This document shows positions 1-12,617 of a DNA stretch of 64,000 nucleotides, piece after piece (position 1 is the first letter of the stretch; each line of letters opens with the position of its first letter). The notes beneath the pieces are model-generated. The model ran no database searches. It saw nothing but the letters and a program-made list of their open reading frames with translations, and had not been told where the DNA came from. The position numbers and the translations under genes are program-made. This DNA comes from Felis catus (Eukaryota), in contig NC_058373.1 in NCBI RefSeq assembly GCF_018350175.1, positions 107,572,001 through 107,636,000 of the forward strand, read 5' to 3'.

Positions 1-379
1 TCTCTGAAGACTTTCATGTTTGAAGACTATGTTTTCTCTCAACCAGGGGAAATACACCTTATTTCCCCAAGTTAGATAACACGATATTTGGGGAAAGTTT
101 GAGTATGCTGTTAAGCACTGAATTGAATATATATAGTTTTATTACTTGTCTGTTCCTCAAATCTCATATCTCTTCTCCCTTCTCTACTTCAGCCATCTAG
201 TCAGCAGCCTGATCAGAAAATAGTGTTCTAGAAATAATCCTGATCAATGTAGTTTATTTTCACTACTGTTGTATTCTTCCCTAGAAAAATAAGTTCTAGT
301 TTTGTAATAATGTCAATTCCTCTGATTTTACATCAGCTTTTTCACAATGACTTTACACTTTAGGCTTGTAAAGTACATC

Positions 380-790
380 ATCAGTAAAAGCCCCAGGTCT
401 CTTTTAGGTGAACTGCCAGATTTCTAGGTCTTTTACTATTAATTTTATTTTTTTTTTAATATGAAGGAATATATGTTATACACACACACACTTGTTATCT
501 ATTTTTTATCTATCTAAATTTTGCCTTGTTAATTTTAGTACATTCTTCCAGCCATTGAGATTTTTTTTTAAGTTTTGATTCCAGTGTATCATTGTTCCCT
601 GTTTTTTGACATCCTGTGTTATCCTGCCATTTCTTTATCCCATTCACAGATAAAGATGTTCTGAAAGACAAAACTAACTACAGAGCCCTGCAGCCCACCA
701 GTAGAGGCTTTTCTTCCAAGTTGTTACTAGTCCCCTTCTTGGAAAAAGTTGCCATAGTCCTGTAGTGTCATCTAACATGCATTTCTTCAG
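380..790 (-). mobile_element. L3/CR1 LINE fragment (ancient, degenerate)
   Basis: Segments aaaagccccaggtctctttt..gaactgc, cattcttccagcc..gagattttt and ataaagatgtt..acagagccctg resemble the recalled antisense L3/CR1 RT region. Confidence 0.5.
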
Positions 791-879
791 TCCTGAAAGT
801 GTCTCCAAGTCAGTAGGTACAACCTAAATTCTCACCTATTTCCCATGTGTCCAGTTGTCCTGGGACGTTTCTGCTTAGA

Positions 880-1556
880 TGCTGCCCAGTTACCTAAAGT
901 CGACATATTCAAATCTATTCCCCTCCACAGTTTTCCCCTGTCAGTGCACCTCATGCCCTAATCTATCCTTCCAATCAGTTTTCTTGCTTTCATTCCTGCA
1001 ACCTGCAGCCTGTTTTCACACTGCAAAAGTGGTTGTTCAAAAATGTAAATCAGATCACGTCACTACTCTGCTTAATTTCCTCCAAGGGCCTCCCATGTCA
1101 TTGAGAATGAAATCTGTGCCATGGCCCACATGGTTCTATTTGGTTTGTACCTACGTATTTCTCTGACCTCATCTCCCATCAGTCTGACTCTTCTCCGTTG
1201 TACAGACTTTCTGTGCCTTGAACATGTCCCTGCGTGCTTACTGCTTTTCCTAGAGAGAACATCTCTCTTTGAAGACTCAGCTCCTCATCACTCAAGCCTC
1301 AGCTCAAGTATCACCGGCTCAGAGACGTCTCCCCCGACCACTTGATGTACACAAGCAGCCTGATAGCGGTCATGCTTGATAGCTTCAGACCCAGTTGTAC
1401 AGGCCATCCCTGGAAGTCTTGTTTGTTGTCTGTGTCCACTAGACCACAAGTTTCTGAAGAACTGGGACTGGTCTGTTTTGCTCATCACTAAATCTTCGAG
1501 CTCAGTATGGTACCTGGTACTTGGGAGGGACTTAATAAATATCTGTTGAATGAATG
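880..1556 (+). mobile_element. L2 LINE 3' fragment
   Basis: Contains aaatgtaaatcagatcacgtcactactctgctt and ends with the typical L2 tail cttaataaatatctgttgaatgaatg. Confidence 0.7.
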
Positions 1557-1724
1557 CATAAATCTAACAGACTGTGTATATCTTTCCACTCTTTACCCCT
1601 GATCTGTCAGCACATCAGTTCTTCCTTGGACCTGTCTCCTAAGTGTGCTTTTATCCTGTCTCCAGCCTCCTGCCAGCTCCTGAATCTTAGCCTTCATCTC
1701 TTTGTGCCTGGATTGTGACAGTTA

Positions 1725-1890
1725 TGTTCAACCCATGCTGCTCTTTAAAATCACTTGGGGAGCTTTCAAAATGACAGTGATCAGGCTCCACCCCAAACCA
1801 ATTAAATCAGAATCTCTGGCAGTGGAGACCTAGGCACAAATATATATTTTTAAAGCTTCCCATATGATTGCAATGGGCAACCCCTGGATC
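1725..1890. mobile_element. MER5-type hAT-Charlie MITE
   Basis: aaatcacttggggagcttt..ccaccccaaaccaattaaatcagaatctctggc..ttttaaagcttccc..tgattg matches the recalled MER5A/B core. Confidence 0.65.
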
Positions 1891-2397
1891 GCTGCGTTAG
1901 CCTTCTGACAGTTGTCTGTCTTTTGGTTTATTTTGTCTGTTTTGTCTGCTGATCTTGGAATCCTGCTTTCATAATATGACTTCCCTGCTCAAGAGCCTAC
2001 AGTGGCTCCTTGCTGCCCACCACATTAATTCCACATTTCCGTGCATCATCTACTAAACTATTTCATCCTTTTCTCTTGTACCTACATTCTGCAGTATGCT
2101 GAAACTGTCTCACTGTCGCTTGATTTACCTTTCATTACCCTGCTTCTCCATTTTTACTTCCCATGTCCTCTCCCCACTCCAGCCTCTACGTACACACCCG
2201 GACTGTCCTTACTGCTCTCCTCTACCTATCCAAACACTTCCCATTTCTCAAGGCCCAGCTCACGTTCCGCCTTGTAAATACTGCATTCTCTACTCCAAAT
2301 TATCTCTTGTTATCTAGATAATTATTCTGGTATGTGTCATTAGTACCATATAATATATTTCCTACTTTTTTATAAATTGCTTTATGTTCTATTTTTT

Positions 2398-2902
2398 TTC
2401 CAATATATGAAATTTATTGTCAAATTGGTTTCCATACAACACCCAGTGCTCATCCCAAAAGGTGCCCTCCTCAATACCCATCACCCACCCTCCCCTCTCT
2501 CCCACCCCCCATCAACCCTCAGTTTGTTCTCAGTTTTTAAATTTTTTTTTTCAACGTTTATTTATTTTTTTGGGACAGAGAGAGACAGAGCATGAACGGG
2601 GGAGGGGCAGAGAGAGAGGGAGACACAGAATCGGAAACAGGCTCCAGGCTCTGAGCCATCAGCCCAGAGCCTGACGCGGGGCTCAAACTCCCCAACCGCG
2701 AGATCGTGACTGGCTGAAGTCGGAAGCTTAACCGACTGCGCCACCCAGGCGCCCCAGTTCTCAGTTTTTAACAGTCTCTTATGCTTTGGCTCTCTCCCAC
2801 TCTAACCTCTTTTTTTTTTTTCCTTCCCCTCCTCCATGGGTTTCTGTTAAGTTTCTCAGGATCCACATAAGAGTGAAAACATATGGTATCTTTCTTTCTC
2901 TG
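2398..2902 (-). mobile_element. 5'-truncated young felid L1 (3' UTR), interrupted by a SINE
   Basis: tttattgtcaaattggtttccatacaacacccagtgctcatccc..gatccacataagagtgaaaacatatggtatc is the felid L1 3' end. Flanked by the 15-bp direct repeat tatgttctatttttt at 2383-2397 and 2903-2917. Confidence 0.9.
2541..2755 (-). mobile_element. Young Can-SINE (SINEC_Fc-type)
   Basis: Reverse complement starts ggggcgcctgggtggcgcagtcggttaag, with CT tract and A tail. Perfect 15-bp TSD gttctcagtttttaa at 2526-2540 and 2757-2771. Confidence 0.97.
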
Positions 2903-3214
2903 TATGTTCTATTTTTTGATTGGTAATATTAAAATTTAATTGGTACAAATTCAAAATTTACAAAATTGCCTCCCTGCAGTGTCTGTCCCAAGCATCCAGT
3001 TTTCCCCATTGGAAGCAACCACTCTTACGACTTTCTGTATCTTTGCAAATATATGTTAAGCCTAGTTAACTATGTATATAGAACAAACATACACACACAC
3101 AAATGTTGGCATACTATGCACAATCCTCTACATCTTGACTTCTTTTTACTTAGAGATATTTAAAGATATGTATAAACACATCATTTCAATTGTAAAAAAA
3201 AAAAAAAAAAACAC

Positions 3215-4203
3215 AGAACAGGTAATCTGCCCTCTTAATAAACCTTTAAGTATACAATACTATTGTTAATTACATGCATATTGTTATACATACAGTAGAA
3301 CTCTAGAACTTTTTCATCTTGCATGACTAAAACTCTATGCCCATTGAACAAAACTCATTTTCCCCTCCCCCGCATCCCCGACTACCATCATTTTACTTTC
3401 TGCTTATATCAGTTTGACTGCTTTAGTGGAATCATGCAGTATTTGTCCTTTGTGACTGGCTGTTTCACTTAGCATAGTGTCTTTAAGTTTCATGCATGTC
3501 GTAGCCTATGGCAGGATTTCCTTCTTTATTAGGGCTGCATAATACTGCAATGTATTACCACAATTGTATATACCACAAGTTCTTTATCCATTCATCCATC
3601 TGTGGACACTTCAATTGTTTCTCTCTCTTGGCTATTGTGGATAATGCCGTAATAGACATGCTAGTACAAATATCTCATTCAGTTATTTTGGATAAATACA
3701 AAGAAGTGCAATTGCTGGATCAAAGGGTAGTTCTACTTGTAATTTTTTGAGGGACCTCCATACTGTTTTCCATAATAGCTGTACCATGTTACATTCCCAC
3801 CAGTGCACAAGGGTCCCACTTTCTCCACATCTTCACTAGCATTTGTTGTTTTCTGATTTTTCTTTTTGTAATGACCATCCTAACAGATGCGAGGTTATAT
3901 CTCATTATGGTTTGATTTGCATTTCCTTAATGGTGACGTTGAGCATCTTTTCATATACCCACTGGCCATTGGAGAAATGTCTATTCAAGTCCTTTGTCCA
4001 TTTTTAAATAGAGTTATTTGCTTTTTTTGTTATTAAGTTGTAGGAGTTCTTACATATTTTGGATATTAACTCCTTATCAGATAAGAGATGGTTTGTAAAT
4101 ATTTTCTCCCATTCCATAGGTTGACTTTTTACTGTCTTGATTGTTTCCTTTCTTGCACAGAAGCTTTTAAGTTTGATGTAGTCCCACTTGTTTATTTTTT
4201 GCT
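3215..4203 (-). mobile_element. L1MA/MB-type LINE-1 3' fragment (ORF2 C-terminus plus 3' UTR)
   Basis: ORF 4004..4207(-) [27 protein letters not shown] is L1 ORF2 C-terminal sequence; typical L1 3' UTR follows. Confidence 0.85.
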
Positions 4204-4545
4204 TCAACCTTATGTTTTGGAGATATTCTGTGTCAAAAGCAGCCTAACTCTATTTAACAACCACATAGTATTTCGTTAATGCATGTACCATAACTTAACC
4301 AGTTTCCTATGCATATTTAGGGTTTTTTTTAATTTTGCTGTTTTATATAATGCTTCAGTTATTATCTTTATACATACATCATGTGGCACACATATGAACA
4401 TATCTATAGGATAAATTCATACCCATTTAACTGGAATCCTGAGGCAAAGTATATGCACATTTCTAATTTTGGTAGGTATTACTAAATTGCTCCCCATTAA
4501 AGGTTTTACCAAGTTACGCTTTCACCAACGATGTAATAATTGCTC
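4204..4545 (-). mobile_element. Old L1ME-like fragment (probably continuous with 2920-3190)
   Basis: gcacatttctaattttggtaggtattactaaattgctcccc..ttttaccaagttacgctttcaccaac resembles old L1M antisense sequence. Confidence 0.5.
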
Positions 4546-4589
4546 TTTAAATTTTGTGGTGTTATTTGCTTTTCACTGCTTTTAAGCAC

Positions 4590-4720
4590 CTTCTTTCCCC
4601 AACTCGGTTGTAATTAACCCCCAAAGAGAAACCATGTTCTGCGCATACTATATTGGCGTGTACACACTCCTAATACCAGAAGTTCACTTAACTGGCGCTC
4701 AGTAAATATTTGTTAAATCT
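4590..4720 (+). mobile_element. L2 3' end
   Basis: Ends ggcgctcagtaaatatttgttaaat, an L2-type tail. Confidence 0.5.
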
Positions 4721-5540
4721 TACTTCATTGTGTGTTTAGGGAGTTTCCTTATGGCTTTAATGAATGCCATGAGAAAGTTGTGTCCTTTATGTGGGTGCTA
4801 TTCCCAGGAGAGGAGGTGACCTGTGTGTGTGTTCTGAGAAGAGATGCCGTCCACTACTACTGCTCTTCCAGGATTTTGTTATCATTGTTTAGGTCAACCA
4901 GTCGTGGATCTATTGTGAGGTTTGTTTAGTTTGAATAATTGAGTATAAGGACCGCAGCTAATGCCAAACAAGTGTCCAGTCCACTTCATATCCTAAAACA
5001 TCATAGATAATACATTTTTATACCATTTAGTATAAATTATCTAAATAAAAAGCTCTACTCCATGAGTTTTCCCCAACTTTTTATTATCTAAAATTTCAAG
5101 CATACATCTAAATTGGAATAATATGCCCATATACCCACCACTGAAATTTAACATGTGGTTCATATTTGTTTTGCTACCCACATATGTATTTATATATATG
5201 TAGCAAAACAAATATGAATAAATGTTATATTTATATAATATATAAAAATACATATAAAAAAGTATTTGCTGAATGATTTGCAAGTGAGTTGCTGATATTC
5301 CATTGAGTGGTAAATAAAGCTGAAAATTAGTTTTAAAAATACCACCTTCTGTGAAAAAATCTATTTTAAATGTTTCACAACCTTTCTCTCTGCCCCCCCC
5401 CCCCCCAAATTATAGTTCCTTCTCCAAAAAGAAAAATAGCTGCTTGGTGGCATCTTTTCCTCAAATGCCAAAAGACTTCTATCCCTGTAAGAACAAGGTT
5501 TAAGGGAGGGGAAGTGACTGGCACCCTAAATTTCTCTTAG

Positions 5541-5658
5541 GGGGCGCCTGGCTGGCTCAGTCGGTAGAGCATGCGACTATTAATCTCAGAGTTGTAGGTT
5601 CAAGCCCCACGTTGGGTGTAGAGATTACTTAAAAAAAATACAATCTTAAAAAAAAAAA
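5541..5658 (+). mobile_element. Short tRNA-Lys-derived Can-SINE lacking the CT tract (SINEC_old-like)
   Basis: ggggcgcctggctggctcagtcggtagagcatgcgact..gttcaagccccacgttgggtgtagagattacttaaaa. TSD aaatttctcttaggg at 5528-5542 and 5656-5670. Confidence 0.9.
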
Positions 5659-5740
5659 TTTCTCTTAGGGAAGAATCTTTCATGTCTTTGTGTGGGAAAC
5701 TCTCTTGATAAGTCATTGGGGATGAAAGGTGAGACCCTAT

Positions 5741-5845
5741 ATGGTTTCACAACAGTTTACTAAATGCCTGTGAATTGTATAATTTAAAACGGTTCATTTT
5801 ATAGGATGTGAATTTTACCTCTGTTTTGTTTTTTTTTTTTTTAAG
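5741..5845 (+). mobile_element. Very short L1M-type 3' end
   Basis: ttcacaac..gaattgtataatttaaaacgg..gtgaattttacctc resembles L1MB/MC termini. Flanked by aaggtgagaccYtat at 5726-5740 and 5846-5860. Confidence 0.55.
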
Positions 5846-6433
5846 AAGGTGAGACCTTATGAGAATGGGTTGGCAGGAGAAGAGGAAGTTGAAGAAATAT
5901 TTAAAGTACTCTTTGTAAAAGAGGACGTGGATTTGGGAGTTGAGAAGCAGAAGGAAAGGGGCAGCCGGTGCTAAGCCAGTGGTGGGAGTCTGGAGCCTGT
6001 GAGTAAAAGTGGCTGAAGGGTGTTTTAAGAACAGAAACGTCTAATATTCGGTTTTAACTTGCCTGCCTCTGTCTCCTGAAACCAATAAAAGCTATACACA
6101 GAAATGCCTTGTGTGAGCACGTGTGTAAACCTTTCCCTGGAGCCACATGGGGCAGAACAGGAATAGCGTATGTGCTAGCCAGGCGAGCCAGAAAGCTCAG
6201 AAAAGTGGACTTCAAAACCAGAGATGACCAGAAAGAACGTAAGCCTCTGCTTCCTCTCAGAGATGGTTGTGAGACCGTCCCCACATGAAGATGTGATGGA
6301 CCCAACCTTGCTTGGCCCTTACAGTGAGACAAGTTAGGTTGCCCCCTCAGTAGCACTCTAATGTCCTCTTATTGATCCAAGGTCTGTCTTGACGAGTCTG
6401 CAATTGGGCCTGTAGAGAAATGCCTCTCTTCTG

Positions 6434-6620
6434 TTATTTTTTTAAATGTTTGTTTATTTTGAGAGAGAGAGCACGAGTGGAGGAGAGGCAGAGAGAGAGA
6501 GACAGAATCCCAAGCAGGCTGTCAGTGGAGAGCCGGACACAGGGCTCAATCTCATGAACCGTGAGATCATGACCTGAGCCATAGTTGACTTAACCAATCG
6601 ACTGAGCCACCCAGGCACCC
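6434..6620 (-). mobile_element. Can-SINE
   Basis: T tail, GA tract, gagatcatgacctgagcc, actgagccacccaggcaccc. Confidence 0.92.
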
Positions 6621-7127
6621 TGGAAATAGCTCTTTTTTAAAGACAAAAGATCAGACCTTGAAAAAAGTAGATCTTGAGGGCCGGGGACAGCTCTGTGCTT
6701 TTCCCTTTAAAGGCATCTCCTTAGGTTCTCTAGAACCAAGGTTGGTAGTTCAGAGACTGGACTCCCAGAACTTCTAGCCAGCTAAGGTGCTTTGTGTTTG
6801 GGATCAGAACCCTTTGACCCCACTTCTAGTTAGATGGTAAAAGTAGGAATCAAAGGGAGTGGGGCCTCTAGGGCAGGGCACCTCCATGAGGAAAGAATGA
6901 AGACCCTTTTTGTAGTTCCCTGGTTCTCTTACTCAGTTCTCTGTTTATATCTGAGAGACTTTGATATTTTAAATGAATGGGAGGTTATCAGAGTCATAAA
7001 ATAATGTAACAATCATGAGCAAGCCCTTGTATGTATGGACCAGGCATCAGGCTGAGCACATTATCTTGTGTCCTCTGTAGTAGATACAGTTATATTCCCC
7101 CATTAACTACATTAGAAATTAAAGTTC

Positions 7128-7382
7128 AGGAGTGCCTGGGTGGCTCAGTCAGTTAAGCATCTGATTCTTGATTTCGACTCTGGTCACGATCTCACAGTTT
7201 GTGAGTTAGAGTTCTGTGTCAGGCTCTGCACTGACAGTGCAGAACCTGCTTGGGATTCTCTTTCTCTCTCTCTCTCTCCCTCCCCTGTGCTTGCTGTCAC
7301 ACACTCTCTCTCTCTCTCTCTCTCTCCCTCTCTCTCTCTCTCTCTCAAAATAATCTTTAAAGAAAAGTAAAAAAAAAAAAAA
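7128..7382 (+). mobile_element. Can-SINE inserted in a MIR remnant
   Basis: gtgcctgggtggctcagtcagttaagc, long CT tract and A tail; the flanks resemble MIR (ggcccaagatcacac). Confidence 0.92.
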
Positions 7383-8048
7383 GTTATGAAGTTAAAGCAC
7401 TGGCCCAAGATCACACATCTCAAATGTAAACTTAAGTACATCAAGCTGTTAGAGCTTTGTTTTTTATTTTGTTTTGTTTTGTTTTTGTATAAAAACATTC
7501 TCATAGTAGATACATAGTAAACACCAACTGTATAGAAGGCTGCTTTATTCATTTAAATTTTGTACCTAAGTCTAAGTCTGTTCTGTCACACCAGCCAGAC
7601 AGCATTTGGGTTCACTCTTTGTCCTCTGAGTCATGGTCTATTGCCACAGCATTATTCCTTTTTGTTAAGTATTTCAGAGGTATATGGACTTTTGGTAGAG
7701 CAATAATGTTTTCCAATATTTGTCAGCCAGACTTTGAGAAAACGTGGATCCCTTGAAAAACAGTATTAGAAATCCAATTCTGCATCCTGACTCTCTACAG
7801 ATATAATTTTTAAAAATCCAAATAAGCTCAGACCATCAACATTATGATTTAGTGTTTTCCAGACTTTGGATTTCTTTTGGATCCTTAGACCTTCAAAATA
7901 AATTTTGGGGAAAGTCATGACATTGCCAACTTTTTATTTTGCAAATTGATCAAGGGCATTAAGAAAAAAACTTGCCACTGTCCTTTAATATAAAAAAAGT
8001 AAGGAAGATCATAATATTACTATATAAATATAGTAAAGATACAGTTCC

Positions 8049-8251
8049 TTTTTTTTTTTTAAGTTTATTTTGAGAGAGAGACAGTGTGCTAGCAGGGGAG
8101 GGGCAGAGAGAGAGAATCCCAAGCTGGCGCTGCACTCAGCTTGGAGCCTGATGTGGGGCTCAAACCCACAAACCAAACCAACCCATCAGATCATGACCTG
8201 AGCTGAAATCAAGAGTTGGATGCTTAACTGACTGAGCCACCCAGGCGCCCC
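8049..8251 (-). mobile_element. Can-SINE
   Basis: Poly-T, GA tract, ends ccacccaggcgcccc. TSD-like atacagttcYtt at 8039-8050 and 8256-8267. Confidence 0.93.
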
Positions 8252-9029
8252 AGAAATACAGTTCTTTAAATTCAATAGGTCTATATTTGTTAAAAACTTG
8301 CCATATATTCCTTTAAAAAAATTTTTTTTTAAGTTGGCTTTCTTCCCAGTAATTGCTGATCCTAAACTCTGGAAGGGAAAAATATCTAAGTAATCAATTC
8401 CTGGTTTACAAATTCACACAATTTTGCAAACATTTCAGCATTTAGGAAAAATAACATTTCTCCTATAAAACTTCATAGGTTTATATGTTATATCGAGAGT
8501 TAATCAGTAATGATTATACCATGATAATATTTGCATTTCACAGGGAAGCAAAATACTTGGATACTCCCCATGTCTCTGTCTAAAGATTTGTCATTCGTTT
8601 GCATTCAAATAAATTCTTTGCTTTCACTCATCCAGAATAGTTCTCAACTTATTAGCTAAACCAGACTAAATAAATAGAGTTGCATTCATGCATTTTAATG
8701 TCAATGTAAAAATGGTTTTCCCAGATTTTTTTCTTTTCAATCAAATCCCCTTCCCCAAATGTCTAATCATTCCCAGACTCAGTTACTTAAACTTTTCACA
8801 ATGTTGTCACTTCTATAGTAAAACAAAGAGAAATTTGCTTTCAGTAAGTCAGAGAGCCATACTCTAGCAACTTAGAACTTTATTCTGACAAGAAAGTTTT
8901 TAAACTCCATCTCCAACCTCATTTGTGAATGATCTTGTCTGTCACATAGGTACATGGCATTTTTCTCTATCCATAGTAATTGTTCTTTAGTTGGTGAATC
9001 ACTCCTGGAACTTACAATCCAATAGAGGC

Positions 9030-9520
9030 AAACTGTATGCAATAACTAGGATTACAATTCCTGAAGGACAGGGTTTGGCCATAGTGCATGCCATGTGCAC
9101 ACGAGACTACAGTGGGCACCGGTTAGAAGAATGACCTAGCTCGGTGAGTAATAGGAACATTAAAACCTCTGCTAGACAAATTCATAGGGATGAAGGCTCA
9201 TTGCCTTCTGGATGAATGGGAAGGATTTTGTGGAGGAAGTTAACAGCGGAGTAAAATTGCAGGAAAACCAAAGTAGGGATGAAAATGGGAGGAAGGCATT
9301 TCCACTTGGAAAGAAAATAATAAATGTGCAAGAAAATGAAAGGTATATTTTGAAATGACAAAAATTTTTCCAGGAGTAAAGATGTAATGAACAGTTTGAG
9401 AAATAAAGCTGAAGGGTAGGATCCTGGTTGTAGAGAATTCTGGAAACCAGGCTGAGTTTAGAACTTTAAATCAAACAAAAGTTAAGGTCTTGGTTGAAGG
9501 CCTTTGAATAAGGCATGTTC
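9030..9520 (-). mobile_element. L2 fragments (degenerate)
   Basis: Purine-rich antisense L2-like segments such as ggaaggcatttccac..gaaataaagctgaa..ggaaaccaggctgagtttagaacttt. Confidence 0.4.
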
Positions 9521-10423
9521 AAAAATGGTGATAGATATTAATTGCCTCTCTGCATTGACTATCACCATCATCATCTTCCAAAAGCTATATGAAAAGAAGC
9601 ACTTTCAACCTTCAAGAGCTGGTCATCTCAATATTCACACTTAATTTATTCCAAAGTTTCAGCTCTAGGGAGCATGAGGAACTTTTTCTGGAGTTGTGGG
9701 AAATACCTCATGCCTCAGATCCTGTTAAGACCCCTGGCATCTTACGGAGCTCCCCATGAGTTCCTGCCTCCATACTTTTGCACAGGCCATTCATGCTGTT
9801 CTCTTTCCAGAGTTTTCCAAAACTCCAAAGTTTCTCCTCTTCCTCAAAACCTAACTCAATATTTTCCTCTTCTGGAAGGACTTCTAAGATTGACTTCATG
9901 AAACTATTTGCTCCATTATTCAGGAAATCCATTCTTAACGTCTTGACGCTACATTTAGTTTCTTTAAATTAAATGAAATATACAAATTCATGTATATTTA
10001 CATCTAACCACTCTGTAATAGCCTTTAGGAAAGATACTATGTCTAACAGCCCCTTTATATCCTCTGTCTGGGACCTGCCTCTCATCCCCACCCCACCACA
10101 CCCAACTTCACAGAACAGTGCAGTGCACTTGGTGAACATTGACTTTGCCCTGAACAGCACAGGAATTCTTCAGAGCTGAAGACCTATAGGATCTGTGGAG
10201 TGTGGGTTTTCACCTCCCTTGGGAGCCGGCTTCTTTTCACCAGCATGTATAGATCTAGAAGAGTACCCACCAAGACAGAATTACTTCATAAGCCTTCTTT
10301 TTATCTTCAGTGTTTCCAGTTTCTATTGTCCTCTAGTTTCTAGTGATGATGGGTATGTAAAGCATACTGTTAATAACCTGGAAATGGGCACCACAAACAG
10401 GAAGCATTAAAAAAATAATAATA

Positions 10424-10640
10424 GGGGCACCTGGGTGGCTCAGTTGGTTGAGCGTCCGACTTCGGCTCAGGTCATGATCTCGCGGTTCGTGGGTTTGAGC
10501 CCCGCATCAGGCCCTGTGCTGACAGCTCAGAGCCTGCTTTGGATACTGTGTCTCCCCCTCTCTCTGCCCCTCCCCTATTCATGCTCTGTCTCTCTCTGTC
10601 TCAAAAATAAATAAAAACATTAAAAAATAATAATAATAAA
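10424..10640 (+). mobile_element. Can-SINE (SINEC_Fc2-like)
   Basis: ggggcacctgggtggctcagttggttgagcgtccgacttcggctcaggtcatgatctc..caaaaataaataaaaacatt. Confidence 0.95.
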
Positions 10641-10645
10641 AACAA

Positions 10646-10856
10646 GGTGCACCTGGATGGCTCAGTCTGTTAAGCGTCCAACTTCAGCTCAGGTCATAAT
10701 CAAGTGGGATCAAGTTTGTGAGTTTGAGCCCCACATTGGGTTCTCCACTCTCAGCACAGAGCCTGCTTCGGACCCTCTGTCTCCCTCTCTCTGCTCCTCC
10801 CCAGCTCCCACTCTCACTCTCTGTCAAAAATAAACATTAAAAAAATAAAATAAAAA
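10646..10856 (+). mobile_element. Can-SINE (older, tandem to the previous copy)
   Basis: ggtgcacctggatggctcagtctgttaagcgtccaacttcagctcagg..caaaaataaacattaaaaaa. Confidence 0.93.
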
Positions 10857-12254
10857 TCCTCTTAATTTTACCTCGGCCTAATTTCTTCCTAACTCACTTC
10901 TACCCTTCTCAGACCTATGACAGTCGATGGTAGGTCACATACACACCTAGCTCCATCCCCCCAAATTTTTCTAGTGATCTCTAGAGGCTGTTTGTCCTGT
11001 AACCTGCTGTGAGCAGAGGCCCGGCTGTGGGAATCTGTGATACCAGATGGACAAAGGCACGCTTGTATCCCTAAGCGCCGGTGCAGTAGAAATCACAGCA
11101 CCTGAGGATTTGTGGCGGGCTCTCTTCCTTGGAACTTGTGCCCTCAAAAGATGTGTCGTAGGCGACCTGCCCCACACGCATCAGTTTTGACGGTCTCCAA
11201 CTGCTGCTTCAGACAGCTTCAGAGTCCTTCCTCATGGATGCAAATCAAAACAGAGTTCAGAATCAAGTCTGGGAATCAAGTCAGAATGGAATGATTTGCA
11301 TGGGGGAGGCTTTGTCACTGAGTGAAGCCAGCCAAATTCCCCAGGCTCCCCAGCCCTCCGGAAATAAGCTTTACAGGGCCTGGGGGCCCCAGGCCCAACG
11401 GGGTGGGTGTGATTTGAATATTCACTGCCACAGCTGCTGCACCCCAGCGCTGGTCCCTGCCATCGGTTTCGCTTCATTTTACTGCCTCAGAATCCCCCCG
11501 TGCATGTTAGTGGTTAATACAGCAGCCAGGAGACGCCAGACAGCTCTCGGCACCTGGTTCAAATTTAAGGCTCATTTACACATGATGTCACACACGCATT
11601 GTCAGCGCAAGGGAGGTCAGGATGGTTCATTTTGGGAAGGTTCGCATTGTTGAGTCTTTACAACACTCACTGCTATTAATGTTTTAACCATCTGACTTGG
11701 ATTTCGGTTTTCTGGCATGAGGTAATCCCAGGCAGTAGATTTATATGCTGAATGGGAAGCCAGCAGTGGTGGCTAATCACGCTGGTTTGCAGATCTGCAC
11801 CTCTGGAGCCTTGGGATGGAATTAGAGGGCCACATGGCATGTAGCAAATCATGGAGGTTTTGAGCAGAAGGGGAATTAGGCAGACCTGGAAGCAGGGGCT
11901 GTGAGGGGGGTGGTTGCCTGAGGTGGGAGGCTTGACTGAAGAAGAAGAAAAACCAAAATAATTTGGACAAGGGTCTAAGCCCAGAGGCCATAGGATTACT
12001 CTCATTTGGCCAGTGGTTTGGGTCACTGCTTGACCCATCCTTTTGTCCGCCATCCACCGAAATTCCAAAGCCCCCTTCCCAGGCCCGATTCAAGTTTCTC
12101 CTATTCTGCAAAGCCTTTCCTGACCACCCAGCCCATGGTGATTTCTCTCCTGAATCCCTAAGTACTTTTGTGCATAAATTAAGACGACTAACAATTACTG
12201 AGGATTTAATTTGTGCTGCTAGTTCATTTTATTCATAACGGCCTGATGCCAAAG

Positions 12255-12378
12255 GCACTGTTGTTTCCACTGTACAGATGATGACATAGCTTCACAGAGA
12301 TGAAATAATGTGTCCAATGTCAGAGCTGATAAGAGTCAGGATGGAAGACTGATTCCAAAGCCCAGTTCTGAACCACTG
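12255..12378 (-). mobile_element. MIR
   Basis: ccactgtacagatgatgac..cagagatgaaataatgtgtccaatgtcagagctg matches the antisense MIR core. Confidence 0.6.
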
Positions 12379-12617
12379 AAGTAGGCTACATAACTATGAA
12401 GCAATGCTACATCGCCTGTAGCGTTTAGCATGACATGGGGGAGACAGTGCGTGCCTCAGAGAAATGCTGCAGAGGAGCCCATGGTAGTGTTGTCTAATGC
12501 CTCACATGCATGTGTCATCTGTTTCCTGGCTGTAAGTCATTGCATGGCAAGGACCATCACTTAGGCTTTCCTGAACCCCCTGACCTCCTAGCACAGCGGC
12601 CCCCCAGGGTATGCTCA

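Noticed and set aside
2562..2744. Recurring MAQSVK / GAPGWRSRLSVRLQPGHDL peptide family (also at 7140, 16157, 27278, 28157, 40000, 43611)
   Set aside because: These are translations of Can-SINE sequence, not a gene family.
5541..5615. tRNA-Lys-like sequence with A and B boxes
   Set aside because: It has a SINE-type 3' extension, an A tail and a TSD, so it is a retroposed SINE rather than a tRNA gene.
7850..8960. Possible degenerate hAT/Charlie transposase remnant
   Set aside because: AT-rich sequence with only vague resemblance; the candidate motifs (e.g. RVWLS on the - strand) are not in the expected order. Needs a Dfam search.
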